Assembly: GCA_963702005.1 (NCBI GenBank)
Contig: OY969696.1
Span: 1,536,001-1,600,000, forward strand
Direction of reading: 5' to 3'
Origin: Candidatus Aminicenantes bacterium
GTDB lineage: Bacteria; Acidobacteriota; Aminicenantia; Aminicenantales; JAFGBC01
Length of the DNA: 64,000 nt
Below the pieces are notes generated by a model. It saw only the letters and a program-made list of their open reading frames with translations. It did no database searches and was not told the origin of the DNA. The position numbers and the translations under genes were made by a program. Shown here one piece after another: positions 57,317 to 64,000 of this stretch; position 1 is the stretch's first letter; each line of letters begins with the position of its first letter.

Positions 57317-59188
57317 ATGAACAAGAAGCGCATTTGGGGAATCGTGTTCCTGGGGCTCCTTTTCGTCCTTCCGGCCGCGGCCCAGTCCGAGGCCGGCCGG
57401 GATTTCTATCTCGGCCATATCTCCCTGGCCGACATCCGGAACGACGGAAAAGACGTCCTAGTCTTCCGGGAAGGGGCCGACAAGGGCGAGCCGGCTTTGC
57501 TCAATATGCCGATAGGGCCGGGCGACACGGTCCGGACCTTGGACGGCCGGCGCACCGAGATCCAGTTCGACAACGGCACCCTTATCCGCCTGGATTACAG
57601 CACCGACCTCAAGGTTGAAACCATCCTGGCGCCGAGCCTTAGCTCTTTCGACAACGTCTCGAACGTCGTCCTGACCATAGGCCGCGCCTACATCATGTAC
57701 ACGGAGTACGACCGCCGCGAGCTTTTCCAGGTCATGACGCCCAACGCGGCCCTCAAGATGAAGAACCATACCGTCGCCCAGGTCATGGCCGCCAAGGACG
57801 GCTCGACCGGCGTCCAAGTCGCTAGCGGCAAGGTGGAAATTCTATACGGACCCTCGGAGAAGAGGACTCAGGGAGAGAAGGTTCACGCGGGCGAGAGCGC
57901 CCTCGTGGCCGCCGACGGCAGCCTCCACAAGGCTGAATTCCCCGTGGGGATGGAATTCGAGGCTTGGAATAAATCCCTGAACGAGGGTTTTGTGAAAGCG
58001 CACGACGGCCTTACGCCACTTCCCAAACCCATCCAGAAGATGTCCAAGGCCGTTTTTTATTTCGCCCAGAATTATTCCAACCTCTATGGCGATTGGATTT
58101 GGGACCAGTATCTGGGCTACGTCTGGCGGCCGTTCGTCAACGACCATAATTATCCCTGGGGGAGCTGGCAGCCTTACTATTGTGGACAATGGGCTAGAGT
58201 CGACGGCCGGCTTTTCTGGATTCCCCAGGAGCCCTGGGGCTGGATTCCCTTTCACCTGGGCGTCTGGCAGTGGGATAAAAAGAAAGGCTGGCTGTGGATC
58301 CCCGGCTCCGCCTTCGCCCCGGCCTGGGTGGCCTGGGATTTCTATTTCGGCCAAAGAACCTGGAGGCCGTGGACGTTGTGGGATTGGTATGTCGATTGGA
58401 ATATGTATGACTATTGGAACATGTGGGGTTATTGGTGGAATTGGTCTTATTGGGGTGGGGCTGGCTTGTTGGGTGGGGCCGGCTGGCATGGTTACGGGTG
58501 GTACTACCCGGGATACTACGAATACTACCCGGAACCCTACGAACCCTCGGGTAAGACGATCGTGACCAAAGTCAACAAGGACCAGCTCAAGGGAAAGGCG
58601 CCCAAGATCGTCGCGCCCCTGCCCAATGATATGAAGGGGATTTACAAGAACTTCATCGCGGCTATCAAGCGGGGCGATCCCAATGTCGTCGATTCCTTCC
58701 TCAGGATGCCTCGGCAAGCCGCGCCCCGCTCCCTGAAATCCAACCCCATCCCCGTCGAATTCCGGACGCGGCCCGAACCGTCCCGGCTCCTCCTCGACCG
58801 CGACGCGATCCAGACCGTCATCCGAGATTCGGGGCTGGCTGAGCGTCCGCAGCCGCGATCGGGACCCCGGGGAATTGCGGGCGGCGTCCACTTCCGGTTC
58901 CGCGATTGGAATCCCGACGTCAAGGTCGCTTTAAGGCAGGGCGTCTCAATCCGCTACGACAGCCGCTCGAACCAGGTCATCTGCCCTCAGTTCGGGATCT
59001 CCTCGCGCGACTTAGGTCATAACTACGGGGGCGCGAGGGGCACCGGATACTTCCCTTCATCGGGCAGTGGGTCGGACGGCTCCTCGTCGATGACCGCCAG
59101 GGATTCTTCTCAAAGCTCGCAGAGTTCGGCCCACGGGAGTTCGTCCTCGGGGAGCAGCCACGGAGGGAGCGGGACTAAAAAAGACTGA
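57317..59188 (+). CDS. Secreted FecR-domain / DUF6600 protein
   Basis: Signal peptide; GDTVRT..EIQFDNG FecR-like region; YG.W...YVWRP...WQPY..G.W...PWGW.PFH.G.W. Confidence 0.8.
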   Translation: MNKKRIWGIVFLGLLFVLPAAAQSEAGRDFYLGHISLADIRNDGKDVLVFREGADKGEPALLNMPIGPGDTVRTLDGRRTEIQFDNGTLIRLDYSTDLKVETILAPSLSSFDNVSNVVLTIGRAYIMYTEYDRRELFQVMTPNAALKMKNHTVAQVMAAKDGSTGVQVASGKVEILYGPSEKRTQGEKVHAGESALVAADGSLHKAEFPVGMEFEAWNKSLNEGFVKAHDGLTPLPKPIQKMSKAVFYFAQNYSNLYGDWIWDQYLGYVWRPFVNDHNYPWGSWQPYYCGQWARVDGRLFWIPQEPWGWIPFHLGVWQWDKKKGWLWIPGSAFAPAWVAWDFYFGQRTWRPWTLWDWYVDWNMYDYWNMWGYWWNWSYWGGAGLLGGAGWHGYGWYYPGYYEYYPEPYEPSGKTIVTKVNKDQLKGKAPKIVAPLPNDMKGIYKNFIAAIKRGDPNVVDSFLRMPRQAAPRSLKSNPIPVEFRTRPEPSRLLLDRDAIQTVIRDSGLAERPQPRSGPRGIAGGVHFRFRDWNPDVKVALRQGVSIRYDSRSNQVICPQFGISSRDLGHNYGGARGTGYFPSSGSGSDGSSSMTARDSSQSSQSSAHGSSSSGSSHGGSGTKKD

Positions 59189-60446
59189 ACAGGAGGGCCC
59201 GGAGCCCGAACAAAAACGGGGCCTGGAATAAAAGGTTATATCCGGCGGCCGTCCTTTCGAAATCCCGCCCGAACTCGGCCCGCAGGGGGGCCGCCGGGCT
59301 GAATCGCCAGCTCAAAGGGTTGATGTACCGGTCATGGTACTGGACCCGGTAATCGAGGTGGGGTCCGGTGCTCTCTCCCGACGAGCCTACGGCGCCGATG
59401 ATCTGTCCGCTTCCGACCCGGGCGCCGGTCCGGATGCCGGCGGCCAGACCGCTCAGGTGAAGGTATATCGTCACATAAGCGTTGGCATGGCGGACCTTGA
59501 CCATCCGGCCCGCCGCGCCGTTCATCCCCGCGAACAGGACGGTTCCTTCCGCGGTGGCCTGGACCGGCGTCCCGATCGGCGCGGCATAATCGACGCCGTA
59601 GTGGGGCCGCAGGATCCGGCGGATGGGATGGAGGCGGCTTGAGCTGAAACGGGAGGTGATCCGGGGCGTGAACTTGAAGGGAGACCGCAGGAATTCCTTG
59701 CGGAGGGAGCCGCCGTCCGGATCGAAATAATCCGCCGTCTTGGTATCGGGATAGGCATAGCGGACCGCGCAGAAATCCTTGCCCCGGTTCGTGAAACGGG
59801 CGGCCAGAATATTTCCGTAGCCGGCGAAGCGGCCGTCGATGTAGCGTTTTTCGTAGTGGACGAAGAAGCGGTCGCCGGCCCGCAGGTCCGTGTAGAAGTC
59901 GATGTCCCAGCCGAAGATCTCGGCCAGCCCCAACGCCAAGGGGATCGTCTCTCCGCTCTTTTCGACGGCCGAGATGAGGTTGTCCTCGATCGTCCCCCAG
60001 ACGAAAGCCTTGCGGACTTGGTAGGGGTAGGAAAGGATTTCGGCCCTGTATCGTCCGCCCTCGGACCGGACTCGGAGGAAGTGAAGTTCGTCGATGTCGT
60101 ACTCGAACCCGACGATGCTGAGGTCGGGGGCGGGATAGAAGCGTAGGATCCGGCCAGCCTGGAGCTTGGCCAGGTCGTGGACCGGCCTGACGTCCTCGCG
60201 GAGCCGGGCGATTTCGGACGGACTGAACCCGTGGCGGGACAGGATGTCGGCGAGAGTCGCGCCCGGCCGAATCACCTCGAGGCGGGGGCGGGGGAGCGGC
60301 GGGGGGCCGACCCGAAGCCGCGCGACGACCGCCTCGCTCCGGCCCGGCGCTTCCGGCTTAAATACAAACACGGCGACGAGGATGAGCAGAAAGGAGAGGC
60401 CGATGATGAGCGCGAGAAGCCGGCGCGGGATCCTGCGGGCTGTCAT
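59175..60446 (-). CDS. M23 peptidoglycan endopeptidase (MepM-like)
   Basis: HYGVDYAAPIGTPV, YLHLS, STGPHLDY. Confidence 0.93.
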   Translation of the reverse strand: MTARRIPRRLLALIIGLSFLLILVAVFVFKPEAPGRSEAVVARLRVGPPPLPRPRLEVIRPGATLADILSRHGFSPSEIARLREDVRPVHDLAKLQAGRILRFYPAPDLSIVGFEYDIDELHFLRVRSEGGRYRAEILSYPYQVRKAFVWGTIEDNLISAVEKSGETIPLALGLAEIFGWDIDFYTDLRAGDRFFVHYEKRYIDGRFAGYGNILAARFTNRGKDFCAVRYAYPDTKTADYFDPDGGSLRKEFLRSPFKFTPRITSRFSSSRLHPIRRILRPHYGVDYAAPIGTPVQATAEGTVLFAGMNGAAGRMVKVRHANAYVTIYLHLSGLAAGIRTGARVGSGQIIGAVGSSGESTGPHLDYRVQYHDRYINPLSWRFSPAAPLRAEFGRDFERTAAGYNLLFQAPFLFGLRALLFSLF

Positions 60447-60471
60447 GCTCGGGTCGGGGCGCGGACCTCGA

Positions 60472-61260
60472 TCAGTCCGCTTTCTTGAGGGAGGTCTCCT
60501 TTTTAGCCCCGCGACGAAAAATCTTGGCGCCGAACCTCCTGGCCAGCGCGGTCGCCGGGCCGGACAGGACGTTGATGGTGAAGAAGGACACCAGAAAGAT
60601 CTTGGGATAAAAAATGAAGGTGCTGATGAGGATGGCGATGAGGAGGGCCGTCCGGATATCGATCCGCTTGCGGAGGTTGAAGCTCATGAAATTCCGGTAG
60701 GGGATGGTGCTGATCATGCAGAAGGCGAGGAACAGGGCGAGCAGGGCGATCAGGACGACGGACGTCCGCTCGGCGAGCGGCTGGGGGTGAAGGAAGACGA
60801 CCGAGGACAGAAACATAGATGAGGAGGGGATGGTCAAGCCCGTGTAGAAGCGTCGGTCGGGCTGCGTGACGGAGCGGACGTTGTAGCGGGCCAGCCGCAG
60901 GACGCCGGCCGCCAGGTAGACGAATGCGAAGAAAAGGCCGGCCGTCCGCGCGCTCCGCAGCCCCCAAAAGTAGAGGAGGATGGCCGGCGCGGCGCCGAAA
61001 GAAACGGCGTCGGCCAGCGAATCGAGCTCCCGGCCGAAATCGGAATGAGTCCGGGATGAGCGGGCCACGATGCCGTCCAGGGCGTCCATGGTCGCCGCGC
61101 AGATAACCCAAAAGCCGGCCCAGGCGAATCGCCCCCGAAAGCTCGAGAACAGGCTCAGGAAGCCGAAGAAAAGATTCCCCAGGGAACAAGAACTGGGAAG
61201 GAGGTAGATATCGCGATAGCTGGTCCTGACCCTGTCCCGGACCTTCATTTTCATGTTCAT
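60472..61260 (-). CDS. pssA: CDP-diacylglycerol--serine O-phosphatidyltransferase
   Basis: DALDGIVAR...FGRELDSLADAVSFG.AP, RLARYN; adjacent to psd. Confidence 0.92.
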   Translation of the reverse strand: MNMKMKVRDRVRTSYRDIYLLPSSCSLGNLFFGFLSLFSSFRGRFAWAGFWVICAATMDALDGIVARSSRTHSDFGRELDSLADAVSFGAAPAILLYFWGLRSARTAGLFFAFVYLAAGVLRLARYNVRSVTQPDRRFYTGLTIPSSSMFLSSVVFLHPQPLAERTSVVLIALLALFLAFCMISTIPYRNFMSFNLRKRIDIRTALLIAILISTFIFYPKIFLVSFFTINVLSGPATALARRFGAKIFRRGAKKETSLKKAD

Positions 61261-61898
61261 GGCTTTTCCTCGGCGATGACGGATATCCCGCCCTTGACCC
61301 TGGCGCCGGGCTTGACGCGGACGGGACAGGAAGCCGGAAGGGTAAGTTCCACCCGCGAGCCGAAGTACATGAGCCCGATCTTCTCCCCGCGCCCGACGGG
61401 TTGGCCCTCCCGGACGAAAACCTTGATGCGGCGGGCGGCGACCCCCACGATCTGCTTGAGATGAACGGTCGTGCCCCGGCCCTCAAGGACCATGGCGTTG
61501 GATTCGTTGACGCGTCCCGCCTCTTCCCGGTAGGCCGGAAGGAATCGTCCCGGCGTATAGCGGATGCCCCGGACGGCGCCGGCCAGCGGGGCCCTCGTCA
61601 GATGGACGTCCAGGAGCGACAGGAAGATCGTGATCCGGGTGACCGGGGATCGTCCCGTAAGGTCGGGATGGCCTTCGAGGCTTTCCACGGCCAGGACCCT
61701 TCCGTCGGCCGGCGAGACGATAAGCCCGGGGTCGGCCGGGACGGTCCGGCGCGGGTCTCTGAAGAAGAACGCGAAAACGAGCGAGAGGAGAAGGAAGGGG
61801 AGGGCCGCCGGCCACCAACCCAGCGCCAGAAAAGCGATGCCCAGTCCGAGGGCGGGCAGAAGAAATTTAAGGCCGTCCTTGGCGATGGTCATCCGCAT
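61257..61898 (-). CDS. psd: Phosphatidylserine decarboxylase
   Basis: FFRDP.R, SPADG, IFLS..DVH..RAP, NE, FGSRV cleavage motif. Confidence 0.93.
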   Translation of the reverse strand: MRMTIAKDGLKFLLPALGLGIAFLALGWWPAALPFLLLSLVFAFFFRDPRRTVPADPGLIVSPADGRVLAVESLEGHPDLTGRSPVTRITIFLSLLDVHLTRAPLAGAVRGIRYTPGRFLPAYREEAGRVNESNAMVLEGRGTTVHLKQIVGVAARRIKVFVREGQPVGRGEKIGLMYFGSRVELTLPASCPVRVKPGARVKGGISVIAEEKP

Positions 61899-61942
61899 CC
61901 CACTATAGGGGGCTTTTCCTTAAAAATCAACCCGTTCCGCCG

Positions 61943-63421
61943 TCAGCGGTCGGCCCAGGCGTAACCGGACAGGAAGGCCAGACGGGCGATGTCGGCCAGG
62001 ATATCCGGGTTGATCCGGTAGATCGTGTCCCCCGGCAGATGGTAGGCGAGATGGGGCCCGTTCGAGAAGAAGGACATGCAGGGAACGCCCTTGAGGAAGA
62101 AGGGAGCGAAGTCGGAGCTCCGGACGCCGACGTGGCCGATCGTCCCCGTATTCCGAAGGGTGTGGACGAAGGCGTCCGCCTCGTCGAGCATCCGCTTGAA
62201 GTCCGCGGCGTCGGCCGTGAACATGACGGCGGAGCCGTCGCCCTCGCCCACCATGTCGAAGTTGAACATGCCGTCCGCCTTGGCGAAAACCGCCGGCAGA
62301 TGCTCGGCGAAATAATGAGATCCCTGGAGCCCCATCTCCTCGCCGCCGAAAAGGACGAACAGGACGGAGCGGCGCGGCTTGCGGCCGAGCCGGGCGAAGG
62401 CCCGGGCCGTCTCCATGACGACGGAGCTCCCGCTCGCGTTGTCGTCGGCGCCGGGGAAGAGGATTCCGCAGTGGAAGCCGTTGTGGTCGAAATGGCCGCC
62501 GACGACGAGACACTCGCGGCGGAGGCGCGGGTCGGAGCCCTCGACATAGCCGGCCACGTTGTACCCGACGGCGCCGGCGTCATAGCGGGCCGTCACCGCG
62601 CAGGCGATCTTGGCGCGGAGCGGGAAGGACAGGGGCCGCTGGAAAGTCGTCAGGACCTTGCGCAGGTCGGCCGCGGTCGTCTTTTTCTCCTTGAAAAGGA
62701 TGTCGGCCGCCTTCTCGCTGACCTCGGCCGGAAGGAAGCCGGACAGCCAATCGCCGTTGGGATTCGAGACCGGCTCGGGATAGATGTAGATGAGCCCGGC
62801 GGCGCCCCTGTCCCGGGCCGCCGCCATCCGGGTCCGGTGCTGGTCGTAGGGTTCGAACCGTTCGGATCCGTCCGGCGTACCCCGGAAGCAGAGGACGAAC
62901 TTCCCCTTGACGTCGATCCCGGCGTAGTCATCGTAGCCGAGCTCGGGAGCGGATATCCCCCAGCCGGCGAAGACGACCTCGGCCGTGACCGCGCCGCTGT
63001 CCGTGAAAAAGAGGGGCAAAAAATCTTTCAGCAGTTCGAGCTTGGCTTCTTTGAGGACGGGCGTCCCGTCCGGCGCCGGCTTCTCTTCGGGAACGAGGAA
63101 GGTCATCTCGGCTTTTTCGACCTGGGTGTAGGGAGAGGGGTAGGGCTGAAGAAAGCCGGTCTTGGCGTCGATCGGCTTCAGCCCCCATTCCCGGTACTTG
63201 GCGGCGGCCCATTTGGCGGCGGCCGTATATCCGGGATGCCCGGTCTGCCGGCCCGCGAACTCTTTCGAGGCCATCATCCGGCACAGCTCGTAGGGGCTTG
63301 CGGGCCGGATCGAGTCCAGGGACTTCCGGACGTCGGGGGCGAGCGTCTTCTCCGTCGCCGCGGCCGCGAATAGGGCAAGGCCGGCGATTAGAAAAAGGGC
63401 GAATAACCTGATGCGCGACAT
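61943..63421 (-). CDS. M28 peptidase with PA domain
   Basis: GGHFDH, PGADDNASG, FGGEEMGLQGS, FDMVG, SDFAPF, YH.P.D. Confidence 0.92.
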   Translation of the reverse strand: MSRIRLFALFLIAGLALFAAAATEKTLAPDVRKSLDSIRPASPYELCRMMASKEFAGRQTGHPGYTAAAKWAAAKYREWGLKPIDAKTGFLQPYPSPYTQVEKAEMTFLVPEEKPAPDGTPVLKEAKLELLKDFLPLFFTDSGAVTAEVVFAGWGISAPELGYDDYAGIDVKGKFVLCFRGTPDGSERFEPYDQHRTRMAAARDRGAAGLIYIYPEPVSNPNGDWLSGFLPAEVSEKAADILFKEKKTTAADLRKVLTTFQRPLSFPLRAKIACAVTARYDAGAVGYNVAGYVEGSDPRLRRECLVVGGHFDHNGFHCGILFPGADDNASGSSVVMETARAFARLGRKPRRSVLFVLFGGEEMGLQGSHYFAEHLPAVFAKADGMFNFDMVGEGDGSAVMFTADAADFKRMLDEADAFVHTLRNTGTIGHVGVRSSDFAPFFLKGVPCMSFFSNGPHLAYHLPGDTIYRINPDILADIARLAFLSGYAWADR

Positions 63422-63441
63422 GTTTGGACCTCCAGAGGACC

Positions 63442-63636
63442 TTATTTCTTCAAACTTTTCTTCCGGGCGATCTCCTTCCGGACGGCCTTATGGAGCACCA
63501 GGAGGTAGTAGAGGGCCAGAAGGAGGATGAGCGTGAGAAAACGAAGGAGCTGGCCTTTGGCCAGCGAGATAAAAGCGTAGCCCAGGACGCCGAGGAGCAA
63601 GAAGAGATGGACGAAGGCGAAGATCCAATCGTACAT
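63442..63636 (-). CDS. Small 2-TM membrane protein
   Basis: 64 aa, two hydrophobic helices and a basic tail; fits the operon gap. Confidence 0.65.
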   Translation of the reverse strand: MYDWIFAFVHLFLLLGVLGYAFISLAKGQLLRFLTLILLLALYYLLVLHKAVRKEIARKKSLKK

Positions 63637-63684
63637 CGGTTCATCCCGGCCGGCCGGGGATCGCGGCCGCCGGCCCGGCGCCGA

Positions 63685-64000
63685 TCACTTGGCTTCGACG
63701 CGGCGGATGGAGAGAATGGTCACCGTCTCGCGGGGGGCGTCGCCGTAGCCCTTGATGGTCGCGGCCGGGACCAAGGCGATGGCGTCCACGACGTCGAGTC
63801 CCTGGACGACTTTTCCGAAAACGCAGTAGCCGAACCCGTCCGGCGTGTTGTCGCGGTGATTCAGGAAGGTATTGTCGGCATGGTTGATGAAGAACTGCGA
63901 GGTGGCGGAATCGACGACGTTCGTTCGGGCCATGGCGACCGTGCCCCGCAGGTTCTTGAGCCCGTTGGCGGCCTCGTTTTTGATGGGGGCCTGGGTTGCC
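63685..64000 (-). CDS. Cyclophilin-type PPIase (5' end outside the window)
   Basis: [21 protein letters not shown]...[17 protein letters not shown]. Confidence 0.93.
   Translation of the reverse strand, partial: ATQAPIKNEAANGLKNLRGTVAMARTNVVDSATSQFFINHADNTFLNHRDNTPDGFGYCVFGKVVQGLDVVDAIALVPAATIKGYGDAPRETVTILSIRRVEAK

Noticed and set aside
32237-63373. Many long antisense or alternate-frame ORFs in the GC-rich half (e.g. 40254-41624, 45225-46427, 53061-54218, 62039-63373)
   Set aside because: They are shadows of well-identified genes, expected from high-GC codon bias, and show no motifs of their own.
1-64000. tRNA or rRNA genes
   Set aside because: None recognised by eye; tRNAscan-SE/Infernal would be needed to exclude them.

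Overview
The window has two compositionally distinct halves (GC judged by eye, not computed). 1-~32,200 is an AT-rich composite genomic island. It holds a higB / HigA-ImmA(IrrE) / beta / sce7726 module, a large serine recombinase, a small tyrosine recombinase, an internally deleted IS630, an XRE / HTH_36 / RuvC-like backbone, a livKHMGF-type ABC operon with two extra genes, a frameshifted VirD4/TraD-like ATPase and a DUF3892 gene. From ~21 kb it becomes a cassette-like array: single cargo genes (two HD-GYP sensors, two HEXXH metallopeptidases, one secreted protein) alternate with six recurring, variably decayed copies of an XRE double-HTH gene and/or its junction to the 3' part of comM (YifB). 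~32,200-64,000 is GC-rich core genome: M20 amidohydrolase, APC permease, hutI, the dcw cluster (mraZ-rsmH-ftsL-ftsI-murE-murF-mraY-murD-ftsW-murG-murC-ftsQ-ftsA-ftsZ, with a clear MraZ operator), NUDIX, FecR/DUF6600, M23, pssA-psd, M28 and a cyclophilin. The host is a diderm; Candidatus Aminicenantes/Acidobacteriota is a tentative guess. The best candidates for a new system are the comM/XRE-delimited cassette array and the HigBA-ImmA variant of a P4 gop-beta-cII-like defence locus. All family calls come from motif recognition; no searches were run.
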